Part shown: in pieces, positions 26,245 through 39,130 of the stretch
Layout: each line of letters opens with the position of its first letter
Numbering within the stretch: the first letter of the stretch is position 1
NCBI GenBank assembly: GCA_951406725.2
Contig: OX597820.1
Span: 102,238,001-102,302,000, forward strand
Direction of reading: 5' to 3'
Length of the DNA stretch: 64,000 nt
From: Octopus vulgaris
Taxonomy: Eukaryota
The notes under the pieces: model-generated
Told to the model about the DNA's origin: nothing
Database searches by the model: none
The model's input: the letters and a program-made list of their open reading frames with translations, nothing else
Translations under genes and position numbers: made by a program

Positions 26245-27362
26245 AAAACAGGAATTCCGTTGACAGAACAAAACAGAACAGAGGCGCAGCAATTCGAATG
26301 AGGAGGCTCTTTAAGAGCCCATGGCTGAACTGTTTATCAATGTACGCTGAAATCGGGGATTTGGTGCGTTGAAGATATCTACAGGTTAGGCGGCGGTCAG
26401 TTCTAGTGGGTGAGAGCAAGGGGAGTGGAGATGTTCTGTGTGACCAACTCTAATGAATAATTTAAGAATACTGGGTGTATTTTTGGGGGCGAGACAAAAA
26501 ACTACCTAAAAGCATGTATGTGTATACTGGCCTAAGTGTGCGCGGCCGTGTGCTGGCGAGGGGGGCTACACAATGACCACTGCTGAGAAAACCTGTCAGG
26601 CAGCTGAAAGAATTTTTTGTGTTCGTGTGTTCGCCTCGGCCTGCTTGTCAAAACTTAACATCGTCAAAGTATCCTAAGGGTATATTTAGTTCCACGCCTA
26701 ATGGGAGTAATTTCCCCTTGCAAGGGTTATTCATAGATTTCTTAAAAAGCTTTCTCAAAAATTATTTCCAAAGATTATTTTCATTTTAGTATGGTAACAA
26801 AGTGTTAATTGTCTTAGGTGTCATTTATATGTAAGATAAGTATGACGCCTCCAATGGGGACATCGAAAAGTCGACTGTAAAAGACCGTTTACCAGCTGGT
26901 CTCTGGCGAACAATATGTGGAAAAGCTCAGAGATACAAAGATTGCACCGCCTTCTGCCCCTATCAAATGGGAGGGCCACCGACAAAAAATTCTTTCAGCC
27001 GCCTGACAGGTTTTCTCAGCAGTGGTCATTGTGTAGCCCCCCTCGCCAGCACACGGCTGCGCACACTTAGGCCAGTATACACATACATGCTTTTAGGTAG
27101 TTTTTTGTCTCGCCCCCAAAAATACACCCAGTATTCTTAAATTATTCAGAACATTAGAGTTGGTCACACAGAACATCTCCACTCCCCTTGCTCTCACCCA
27201 CTAGAACTGACCGCCGCCTGACCTGTAGATATCTTCAACGCACCAAATCCCCGATTTCAGCGTACATTGATAAACAGTTCAGCCATGGGCTCTTAAAGAG
27301 CCTCCTCGTTCGAATTGCTGCGCCTCTGTTCTGTTTTGTTCTGTCAACGGAATTCCTGTTTT

Positions 27363-27442
27363 TTCCTGATGAGAAAGCCACAATATGGTACCCTTATTTA
27401 ATCAGAATTTGGAAATTTGTGGCCTTTGAAACATGTGCAGAA
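27363..27442 (+). ncRNA. Type I hammerhead, second arm, U16.1 mutated to C
   Basis: ttc-CTGATGA-gaaagccacaa...ttgtggccttt-GAAA-catgtg-CA-gaa. Confidence 0.62.
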
Positions 27443-27540
27443 TGTAATAAAAGGAATTCTGTACAATCTTTGTTCAACTCCATTTCTTCCATTCAATAAT
27501 AATATATATATATATAAATATATTATATTTAGTATATATA

Positions 27541-27586
<46 letters not shown>

Positions 27587-27597
27587 TATTATATCTA

Positions 27598-27652
<55 letters not shown>

Positions 27653-27872
27653 CCATATGCATATATTATATACATACATATATAGCTACCTCCCCATATA
27701 TATATATATTTATAAACATACATTTCTAAAAAAAATTTTTTCTTGTTAAAATATGTTTGTATATTCTCTAAGAGTTTTAAGAATTTGGTTTATTAATGCA
27801 TACTGCTTGTCATGTGTATTTATGCATGGAATACGCCTGATACATACATACATACATACATACATACATACA

Positions 27873-27906
<34 letters not shown>

Positions 27907-28739
27907 CATACATATATCACCACCACCACCATCCCCCTCCGCCTCCTCCTCATCATCATCATCATTTATCTTTTCATGTTATCAATTGTTGGAAGATTTG
28001 ACACTGAACCAACAAGCTACAGGGCTTCATCAGACGTGAATGTCTGCTTTCATATGGTTTCTGCAGGTGGATGCCCTTCTTAACGCCAACAACTTTACAG
28101 AGTGTACCAGGGTGCTTTTAAAGTTCCACCTGCACTACTGAGAGCTGCCATGAAACTTGCAAGACAAAAGAACAGAGGAAAAGGAATGGCAAAAAAAGCC
28201 TCCACTACTAAGAGGAAGTATTTAGGAGAGGAAGCTGGAGGTGGGGGTGGCTTTATGCCAGGTGTTGGAAAGCTAACATATGATGGAGGCATAAACACAG
28301 GTGTCTTGGTGTAGAGGAAATGCATGGCTGAAGGAGACATGTAAAAGTTAAAGATACTATCCCAAGACACACCGACTCATAAGGGTTGGTTTTCGAGTTT
28401 CTATAAATCCCCCACTTCCCTGGATGGGATGCCATTCCATTGCCTTATTACTCATTTTTGCCTGCTGAGTGGAGTGGAGCAACATGAAATGAAGTATTTT
28501 GCTCAAGAACACAACGCATTGCCTGGCCCAGGAATTGAAACCACAATTTTATGATCATGAGTCTAACACCCTAACCACTAAGCCATGTGCCTCCGTGAAA
28601 GAGATGTGAGGAAGGTTGTGACTGAGTGCTAGAACATACTCTAAAGGAGCAAGAAGGTGGTCATAAGAAAGGATAAAGACAATAGTTAATTACTTCTGTC
28701 TAAATCATCTCTTCTACCCTTTTAATAGTTGATGACAAT

Positions 28740-29150
28740 GCTGGGGATGACATTATCAGCATCCCTATGTGCAAGTATACCATTATCCATCAATACACTC
28801 TTCTCTCTCACAACATCTTGATTCTCATCTCTGATTCTTACACTGCAAGACATTTTGCAAACTTCATCCTTTGTGCTTCTGCTCTTACTAAATAAACCTG
28901 TCACCTAGCTTCCCTTTTAGCTATCTGACATGGTTCTTTGCTACCTACACTTTTCCACTCTTTTCAAACCCACTGCTTCACTTTTATGCCCTGTCAACCT
29001 CACAGTTCCATGCCACTCTTGGTTTGGCAGAAGATTTGATCCAGCTAGAGATTTGGTCTGTTACCCTCAGTCAGTTATCCTGCAAGAACTTCCAGTTGCC
29101 CTCTGTGTCATATGTCCCTACCTCTTTCTCCTTCTCATCAAATGCTTCAA
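28740..29150 (-). pseudogene. Decayed RTE-type LINE fragment (region upstream of RT)
   Basis: ENQDVVREKSVLMDNG resembles the EN-RT linker of RTE-like elements. Confidence 0.5.
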
Positions 29151-29433
29151 TTAGGATATCTCTTACACACACATGCACACAAACACATGTATGTGAAGCA
29201 GTGGGTGGGCTTGTGGTCTTGTAAGTATCATATAATCTAAATATAGACAGAAAACACATATATATTATAGGCACACACATACATAGCAAACAGAGAGACA
29301 GATATGCATGCACATACACACACATATACATGCACACACACACACACATGTGATAGTGTGGATATGTTTGTGACCTGGTAAATTTCTTGTATAATTAACA
29401 TATAGAGAGATGGAAAATATATGTAATATATAC

Positions 29434-29501
<68 letters not shown>

Positions 29502-30143
29502 ATATATATTAAAACTGAAATTTCAAAATTCTGAGTCTCGCGTCTCTGATTTGTAGATGGAATTTGAGAAATGAATCAGGAAACCATTAATAAGAATATT
29601 CAGACAATGAAAACAAAGAGGAAGCATTTCATTGGATGCATGTGTAAAGATATTAATCAAAATAAATAAAAAGAAAATTTTTGATTGGATGCATATGCGA
29701 AAATGAAATCATTTAATTAATAAACACATGAAATATTAACTTCATAATTTAATCAAATTAATTGCAGTTATTTTAGGCCACTCAAGAAACATCATTCATT
29801 CTTAAATACTATACTTTAGTAACGTAATACTAAAATATTACAATATCAAAGAAAGTAACAAGATGGGAAAGTGAAGATGTGAGTAATAGAGTATATAATA
29901 ATAATAAAAAAACTAATGTTAACTTTCACAGCACTGTTCAACATAAGTTTTCATTCATAAAGGTGGGTTAGTATAGGTGTAGGTGGACTGTTTGGTTAAG
30001 GAGTTTGTTTTCCAAGCACATGATTTGGGGTTCAGTCCCACTGCATGGCACCTTGTGCAAATGTCTTCAGCTGTAACTTTGAGTTGCCCAAAGTGAAAGA
30101 AGGCCATTGGACCCCTACATGAATTCATACATACATAAATAGA

Positions 30144-30245
<102 letters not shown>

Positions 30246-30463
30246 CACATACACATATATATATACATACATATAAACAAACATATATATACATATATAC
30301 ATATGTACATATATATATATATATATACATATATACATAAGTATATATATAGTATTAATAAAATAGATGGAATAAAAGATTTCATTTAGTACACCACATA
30401 TAGCGCATGTAAAACTGAATCAGAAAATCTCTAGTGAGACTTCTATTTTTTTTTTTATTTATG

Positions 30464-30503
30464 TACTTGAAGAGACCCAGAATGGGTCAAAACATGTGTT
30501 GTA
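30464..30503 (+). ncRNA. Decayed type I hammerhead
   Basis: tac-TTGAAGA-gaccc-agaat-gggtc-AAAA-catgtg-TT-gta. All three stems pair; core changes are C3>T and G12>A transitions. Confidence 0.6.
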
Positions 30504-31942
30504 TTAAATAAAATCTTTTAGTTCACATATTTTATTAATGCTCTTACCTCAACCACCACTACGAAGTTCCTACAATAAATCTACAGATGATCTACAGGTT
30601 ATCGAAACTGTGCTGGTGCTTTACTCATTGTCTACTTATATATTTTGATAATTTCTCCATATATATATATATATATATATATATATTGCCAAATCAGATT
30701 GAAATTTGGTGCAGCTCAATAGCTTACCAGTTTTCAGTCAATTGTCTGACCCATACCAGCATGGAAAATGGATGTCAAATGGTGATGATGATGATAGTAT
30801 ATATATATATATATATATAAGGAAGCTGAATCTTTCAGGTGAGATGATACCTGGTGCCTGGTTGTAATCAAGAATATCCGTACCCCACAGCAGAAGCATT
30901 AAGACCAATCCTTCTGGTTGTGTAAAGCACTCATGGTGGTGCCATGTAAAAGCATCCATGCGGTGTCACATAAAACACCCATGCAGCAATGTATAAATGT
31001 CCTCGTGCAATGTCATGTAAAAGCGCTCATGCAGTGGCATGTAAAATCACCCTTGTGGTGCTACATAAAAGCACACTTTGTACAGTAGTTGGAATCAGGA
31101 AGGGCATCCAGCTGTAGAAACCATGCCAAATCAGACTGGAGTCTGGTGCAGACCCCCAGCTTGCCAGCTCTGGTCACACTTTCCAACCCATGTCAGCATG
31201 AAAAATGGACGTTAAATGATGATGAGGATGATAATATACACTCATATATATATGTATGTGTGTGTATGTATCTGAGTGTGTATTCTTGTGTCTCCTTCTT
31301 GAAATCAATTGATGATTGTAAACAAGTGTCACCATCCTACAAGTGGTATTTTAAATTTCCAATTTTCAACAAAATCATGTCTGGCCAAAGGGAAATATTA
31401 CTTTGCTTGGAAACAGGTGAGGTTTAGTCACAGCCATTATATGATCAACAAGTTATTCCATAACTGGAGTTGAAGAACTTTCCAAATTTAGAAATAATGG
31501 GACCAAAGATTTTCTTACTAACTACATCTAAATCTGCTTTTTCAGAGTTGATTAACCTACTCTCAATGTAGAGAGTGAAATCATCTTCATGATCCTTGAG
31601 TGTGATAGGCATGAAGATCAAGGATACTGCTCCATTATCAGTTTTAAGTCTGGCTAGGAATTCTTGACTTCTGGTCTAATAAACTTGTCAGTATTAACAT
31701 CAAATTGTTTTGCAACTACTAGTGATGCATTAGATGCTAAACTTCTATAAACATTTTATAGAGCTTTTCTTTTCGATCTCATAAGTATTTTAGTTACCCC
31801 CAAAATTCAGGTTACTCTTTAAAAAATACTTCTGGAAGTCTGCTACAAAAATTTCTGGAGTTTCATGTACAAGCAGTGATTACTCTTTTTTTTTCTATGT
31901 TTTTCTTCTTATTTACACTGTAGCCATTACATTCAAATGTCC

Positions 31943-31996
<54 letters not shown>

Positions 31997-32000
<4 letters not shown>

Positions 32001-32313
32001 TTTGAAGGAATATTATTCCTAACTTACAGGGAAAAATTCAATTTAGAAATACTAAATCAAATTTCACAAAATATAATATATATATAAAAATTAGAAAAAA
32101 ACACCTTTTATCAATTAAAAATGAACAATTAAATTACAACATGTAGGAAATTACATAATACCAAATAATATACGTTTTTATTATCATTTTACAGTTTACT
32201 TAATCATTGGTATATTATTGTTATTTTATTTTTAATATTTCTATTTATGTAATTTTCTAGATGGTGTAATTTAATTGTTCATTTTGAATTGATAAAAGGT
32301 GGTTTTTCTAATT
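31997..32313. mobile_element. AT-rich inverted-repeat element flanked by (TA)n
   Basis: Arms 32089-32158 and 32245-32313; aacttacagggaaaaat end motif shared with the 59195 element. Confidence 0.7.
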
Positions 32314-33510
32314 TATATATATATATATGTATGTATATATGTATGTATACACACACACACATATATATGTAGATATATATGCACATACACATTAATATTA
32401 ACATTAAATAGTAATTGATTAAAATGCTTTTTACATGTCACTTTAATAATATGATATGAAAAATATATGTGTTAATTTTTTAATGATTCTTAAAGAATTT
32501 CGCAAGGACAGTTGATATGATATGGATTTATTTATTCTTACAAAAAAAGGTTGGGAGGAGGGGGGAAAGCACTGAAGATTTTTGTTAGAATGGTGTTTTT
32601 ATGTAATTTCAAAAACCAAATTGTTGAATTAATGTATTTGTATCATGTTAGCAATCAATAAGTCTGTCTTGTTCAGGTTTTTATTCATGTGATCCTGATA
32701 TCTTAATAATGCAAGTCAGATGCATTTGAGAAATAAGGCAAATCTATAAATAAATAAAGAAATACTAAACCATGGGACATATTTTTCTTGCAACATTAAT
32801 ACGCATTTATTATCACTGATTTATTCACCAATAAATTTGGATGCTATAATTTTTACGGCCATTAATGTTTCTATATTCATCGTGCTTCAGAGAGAAAACA
32901 AAGTCATTTGTGACGAATGAGAAAGTCCATCATTTCCAAACAATTTCTTTTCTAAAGAATCATTTTGAAAAATTATGGTTCTTGATCAATATGTAGGTCA
33001 CACAATAAATCTAATGGCATTTTTTAGCAGACTCATGAAAATTATTTTATATTTCAAGAATGGTCAGAATGCTAAAGGTATTTATTTGGGGAAATGTGAT
33101 TTGGATGATAATTCTGAGAGCTAACTTGAGTGAGAATTTGTTGCATTGTTCAAATTGCAATTATTTTATTTTATATGGACAAGCTTGCATTCAAAATAGT
33201 CAATAGTTGATTTAATAGATAACTTAAGAAATTGAACAACTTTGGGTTAGCAGTCTGTTTTGTATTCGACATATTGGCATGGCTGTGTGGTTAAGAAGTT
33301 TACTTCTCAACCATATAGCTTTGCACTGTGTAACACCTTGAATAAATGTCTTCTACAATAGTGCCATACCATTATATATTATTATTATCATCATTAAATG
33401 AGACAGCAGTGCATGCCATCAAAGTGAAACTGGGGTAAAATATACAAAGCCCAGTATATCCATCATGACCGCGTGTTTGATAAGGGTACACAGGTAAATG
33501 CATCACAACC

Positions 33511-33548
<38 letters not shown>

Positions 33549-33549
<1 letters not shown>

Positions 33550-33850
33550 GAGGCGCAATGGCCCAGTGGTTAGGGCAGCAGACTCGCAGTTGTAGGATTG
33601 CAGTTTCGACTCCCAGATCAGGCGTTGTGAGTGTTTATTGAGCGAAAACACCTAAAAAGCTCCACGAGGCTCTGGCAGGGGGTGGTGGCGATCCCTGCTG
33701 TACTCTTTTACCACAACTTTCTCTCACTCTTTCTTCTGTTGGTCTGCTCACTTAGCCAGCGGTGTGGCGTCATTTGAAGGCTAAAACAATGTGAAACGCA
33801 TTGTAACCAGCGATGTGTAGCAACATCTGATAGCCTGGTCAGTCACGATG
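33549..33850 (+). mobile_element. tRNA-derived SINE family D (tRNA-Arg-like head)
   Basis: ggaggcgcaatggcccagtggttagggcagcagactcgc...gtttcgactccc. Confidence 0.88.
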
Positions 33851-34154
33851 ATATATATATATATAAAATAATAAGGGTGAAAAAATTGAATATTAATTTG
33901 ATTAATATCAATTTAAAATCAGTGCTCTAGCATATTGAAAAATCTGAAATTTCAGAAAAGATTATATTACATACATATAAGTGGACATCCATTATGCTAG
34001 AAGTGGATCTGCTATGGTCTTACCACTAAGAAAGGATTGTTCTCAAGAAAAATTTAGCAAACACCAGAACGTAAGCAAGCAAGACAAATGGAAAGATACA
34101 AAATATAGATTAATCACAAACCAGGTTTCATTGTTAAAGCTCACGTAATCATTT

Positions 34155-34210
<56 letters not shown>

Positions 34211-35602
34211 GCATTTACATAAAGGTGGCTTCCATTAGTATTGCAGATGGACAATACAAGGAACTTGTAGGAGAGGATAAAGAACAGCTTCTGAAATTAC
34301 AGTGAAGCCTAATCTTAGACCTGCAGCTGCAGCCATACATATACATATTGAACACATTTCAAACTGCTCAAAGAGCAGTGTTTTTGTTGGCATATACAAT
34401 AGTAAATAGCTAGAAACATATATAAAAACGGGCCTTTTGATAAAAAAAAAGTATAATTAATAAATAAGTGTATGATCTCAGAATTGACATAGCAAGACAA
34501 TTTCTATGGACAAAAATGTATTGATTCTAAAACAAAATCAAAGAGAAAAGAGAAAAAAGAGACCAAAAGTAAAGGACATAAAATCCTGCAACATCATCAA
34601 GACTGGACACAAAAAGAAAAAAACCAATATTTTTCATGTATCTAGAGTAAGTTAGTGTAGCAGAACACATTCTTCACTAGGCAACATTAATGGGATGACT
34701 GGAATTCAAAACTGCAAACTGCTCCGCTGATGCTTCCTATGTGATGACATGTGCTCCCAACACACACACACACACACACATGCACGAACACACACACATG
34801 CACACACACCACGCACACACACCACATGCACACACATGTGCACACAGACACACACAAACATACACAGTCACACACATAATTACAAATATGCACACACACA
34901 CATATATATACACATAAATTGAGTGTATGTATGCATTTATGTGTATACGTGTTTGTGTGTATGTGTGTATATATATATCCGCTGCTCCTCCTCTGCCTCC
35001 TCCCTCCCACATTCATTTCCTCATTGTCCTCTTCTTCCTCACCATCCTTATTCTTACTTAATGTCTGGCTTTCATACTGATATAGGCTGGATGGTTCTTA
35101 AGAGCTGGAGGCCTCATTCATGCACTAATGTCTATTTTGGTATGTCTTGTACAGCTGGATGCTCTTCCTAACGCCAACCACTTTACAAAGCATACCGGGT
35201 GCATTTTCAGTGGCCTCAGCTTGCCCTATAACATGCAAGGCTAAGGACCCTAAAGTGGCCCTTGTAAATGAAAGGAAATAAAGAAGAGTGTGGATGATAT
35301 TCCTTGAGTGAGAGATGAAGGATGGTAAGTAAGAGGGGAGACTGGAAGAGTATGGTGAGGAACAGGAAATAGGGAAAGGATTAGTAGTTGGGTTGAGAGA
35401 AAAGGGTAGGGATAGAGTTGAAAAGGTAATAGGTTGGGTTGTGAAAAGGGTATTTCAGGGCTCTCCAGTATTTTAATTCTTTCTGCTATAGGCACAAGGC
35501 CTGAAATTTAGGCGGAGGGACCCAGTCAATTATGTCAACACCAGTGCTCAACTGTAACTTATTTTATTGATTCTAAAAGAATGAAAGACAATTAAAGTTT
35601 AA

Positions 35603-35653
35603 TTTGTCAAAATATTTTCGTCGCTTTGAGACCGCGACCTGTTCACTGACAAA
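35603..35653 (-). ncRNA. Type I hammerhead, G3-C8 core variant
   Basis: Minus strand reads tttgtca-GTGAACA-g-gtcgc-ggtctcaaa-gcgac-GAAA-atat-TT-tgacaaa. Confidence 0.75.
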
Positions 35654-35691
35654 AATCCGTGCTGCATCTGAGCTCAAATGCAGCACGGATT

Positions 35692-35742
35692 TTTGTCAGT
35701 GAACAGGTCGCGGTCTTAAAGTGACGAAAATATTTTGACAAA
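35692..35742 (+). ncRNA. Type I hammerhead, G3-C8 core variant
   Basis: tttgtca-GTGAACA-g-gtcgc-ggtcttaaa-gtgac-GAAA-atat-TT-tgacaaa. Confidence 0.75.
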
Positions 35743-36639
35743 TTAAACTTAAATGTTGAAGTGAATTGAACGGCTTATGTGTGTTTCTTAAATGGCTTAC
35801 AAACACCTTCCAATGCTGCAATTGTTTTCGTTTCAGCACACGATCTCAGATCAAATCACTTGCTATGCAGGTACATCTCCGAAAGACAATTGTGAACACA
35901 GAATATAAAGACTGATAAAATTCTGCTAAGCATTTTGTTTGGCATTCCAATAATTCTCCCAGTTTATGGCCTTTATGATAATAATTCATTCTACTGAAAT
36001 TTGTGGGCAGGGTGCTAGACAATCACACCAACCCCAGTGCTCAACTGGTACTTATTTTATTGACCCTGTGAGGATGAAAGACAAAGTTAACCCCAGTGGA
36101 ATTTGAACACAGAATGCAAATGATCCTGCCAGCTTACCAAAACTACATACAGTAGAAGCAAGAAGATATGAGGGACAGAAGGAGTGAGGAAGGATACAGA
36201 AAGGGGGCAACAGGTTAGGATGGAGAGGAATCTTGAGAAGAGAGTTATTGGAGGAAAGAAAGGTGTGTGTAAGTGGTGGGGATAGTGTAGGCAGGCCAGG
36301 AGTGGAAGGATGAGATGGAGTGTTGTGTTGTTGAGGAGGAGGTAGAGAAGCTGTTGGGGAGAGGTAGGAAGAGATAAAGAAGCAGAGGGAGGAATGTGAG
36401 AAGGAGATGCTGGAGAGTACCATGGAAGAAGAAAGGAGGAGGGTAAAATTTGAATATTTTAAAGCACTGGACATGGGGTGGGGTGGGCAATAAAGAGGAA
36501 AAAGAGAGAAAGAGAAGGTAGTTAAACAGTGGGTGGAGATGCTATAGGGTATACTATAGGGCATCCGAGAAGTGTAAGGGAAGGTGAGTAGATAGAGGTA
36601 ACAAGAGGTCTTGGGTAACAATATGTATGTATATGCATA

Positions 36640-36720
36640 CAGTAATACCTCGCCATATCATGGTTCACCTATTCCAGGGGATTTTGGAACATAACACCTG
36701 CAATAGTCAAGGGATTACTG
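36640..36720. mobile_element. 81-bp MITE (pogo/Tigger-like ends)
   Basis: ta|cagtaatacctcg ... caagggattactg|ta. Confidence 0.75.
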
Positions 36721-37089
36721 TATATATGTGTATGTATATATGTGTGTGTGTGTATGCATGTATGTTCATATATGCGTGTGTGTGTGTGTGTGTGTGTGCA
36801 TGTATACAGGCTTATATATGTATGTATGTGTGCTTGTATCTGTGTGAATCAGTGTATGTGTGTGTGTTGTTACATATGTAGATTCATGAATACACATATA
36901 CATATCTACATGCATATCCATCCATACATACACACATACATTTATACATGCATATATATGCACACAAACATATATAAACACTCACATGTATGCATACATA
37001 CATATATGCATGCATACTTACCTACCTACGTATGTATGTACCCACCACCCTACCTACCTACCTACCTACCTACCAACCTACCTTTCCTA

Positions 37090-37290
37090 CCTATCTCTTT
37101 ACTGCCCACAAGGAGCTATACACAGAGGGGACAAACAAGGACAGACAAATGGATTAAGTCGATTATATTGACCCCAGTGCGTAACTGGTACTTATTTAAT
37201 CGACCCCGAAAGGATGAAAGGCAAAGTCGACCTCAGCGGAATTTGAACTCAGAACATAACACCAGACGAAATACCGCTCAGCATTTCGCC
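37090..37290 (-). mobile_element. SINE family B
   Basis: Reverse complement of 16683-16913. Confidence 0.88.
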
Positions 37291-37399
37291 TACCTACCTA
37301 CCTACCTGCTTCTCTACATACATACATACATACATACATACATACATACATACATACATACACACATACATACACACACATATATATATATATATGCAT

Positions 37400-37830
37400 A
37401 GAATAACAAAAATCGAAAACCTACAGATGAAGTTGACAATATTGAGACCACTGGGTCAAAAGAATGTTAGTGGGACATAAAAATTAAAGCCAAAACCAAG
37501 TTAAAGCACAACTGGCCCAATATTGTGTGTGACCACAAGGAAAAGATATATTCTGCTGTGGAAATCAGCTGCCCACAAGACGCCGATGTAGTTAGTAAAA
37601 TAGAAGAGACAGAACATCTATGAATCATAGTTTGCAAATTCAGTACCCAAGATACACTTTCAGCTTCATATCTATTATTATTTGAGCTACAGGATATGTA
37701 CCAACCCATTTGGAGTAAAGTATGGCTGAACCTAGGTTCTTGGGGACAGAATGCAAATCCCTAATTCATATGTTACAAATGATTATATCTTGAACATTAA
37801 CAGTCTGCAAGACCTTAAGATTTAAAGGAC
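37400..37830 (+). pseudogene. R4/Dong-type LINE restriction-like endonuclease fragment
   Basis: KEC*WDIKIKAKTKLKHNWPNIV..HKEK...VEISCPQD, a decayed HNRPD...E.S.P motif. Confidence 0.65.
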
Positions 37831-37980
37831 AATGAATAAAAATTGCTTTCCTTCACAACCTTGCCACCAGTAGGTGGTTCGTCAAAATTTATTCTAAATT
37901 AAAAAGAGAAAGAGGATGCATACATATATACATACATACATACATAAATACATACATACATGCACACATGCATACATACA

Positions 37981-38011
<31 letters not shown>

Positions 38012-38047
38012 TCTAAATTAAAAAGAGAAAGAGGACGCATACATACA

Positions 38048-38081
<34 letters not shown>

Positions 38082-38671
38082 CATACATACATACATATAT
38101 ACATACATACATACATATATACATACATACATACATACATACATGCATGCATGCATACATACATACACATATACATGCACACACACACACACACACACAC
38201 ACACCCATACACACACCATGCATACATATATATACTATACTGGCACTCCATTACTTATGACAACGATGGTTCCAGTTGATCTGATCAAAGGAACAGCTTG
38301 CTCATGAGATTAATGTGTAAGTGGTTGAGCACTCCACAGACATGCATACCCCTTCACATACTTCTTAGGGAGATTCAGCATGACACAGGGTGTGACAAGG
38401 CCGGCCCCTTGAAATAGAGTTATTACCGATTTTTGCCAGTTGAGTAGACTGGAGCACTGTGAAATAAAGTGTCTTGCTCAAGGACACAAAACACAACCTG
38501 GTCTGGGAACTTGCAACCCTATGATTGTGTGCTAAATACTCTAACCACTAAGCTATGTGTCTTCACATGCATCCATCCATCTACCCATCCATCAATGCAT
38601 GCATACATACATGCATACATGCATGCATACATACATACATACATACATACATGCATACATACATACATACA

Positions 38672-39130
38672 TTATGGATGCCCCTCGTTATCGAGTATGG
38701 CCATTGCACGAAGCTTAACTGTTACTGGCGCTGTGATCGAATGTGACTTTTTAGCCCATCTAAAGATCTACAATGTCTTGTACAGAATTGGCAACTAAAA
38801 CCTTTACCGGTAATAGCTGGCTGTAGTTGTAACTGGGCTTCATGTACCTTTGCATGTCGTTTAAGTCTTCCTGCCGAATTACACTCTCTTCCACATGCCC
38901 GACAGATATGATTAGTATGGTGTGTTACACCACGACCAGTGGCCAGGTTGTCACTCATCTGTCTCGCTTTATGACTACGAAGATGACTCTTGAGTCCAGC
39001 TTTACTGAGGCAGGTTCTTGCACAGACATTGCATGTCAGCATCAAAGGAAGACCCTTCCCTTCTGGAAGTGTAACAGCGATGCCCTTCCTGACATCCCTC
39101 CCTATTTTCACATGTGCAACTCGAGATTGC
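38672..39130 (-). mobile_element. RTE-type LINE 3' end with three C2H2 zinc fingers and (ATGT)n tail
   Basis: CNVCARTCLSKAGLKSHLRSH, CRACGRECNSAGRLKRHAKVH and CQFCTRHCRSLDGLKSHIRS in ORF 38722-39150, then a short 3'UTR and microsatellite tail. Confidence 0.75.

Larger units (their letters stand above)
25951..27503. mobile_element. Penelope-like inverted-repeat element inserted in (TA)n
   Basis: Near-identical inverted arms at about 26104-26622 and 26983-27503, about 360-bp spacer, one hammerhead per arm, and a 150-bp extension on the left only. Confidence 0.8.
35594..35880. mobile_element. Palindromic hammerhead-bearing retroposed element with 11-bp TSD
   Basis: TSD gaaagacaatt at 35583-35593 and 35881-35891; near-perfect palindrome 35595-35750 centred on gagctc; right end gtacatctcc. 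Confidence 0.88.

Noticed and set aside
26108-27499. Two near-identical 103-aa ORFs as a duplicated gene
   Set aside because: They are the two arms of one inverted repeat, start at TTG and run through the hammerhead motif.
31430-31880. Decayed LINE RT fragment
   Set aside because: Only a vague PITL-like match, not enough to call.
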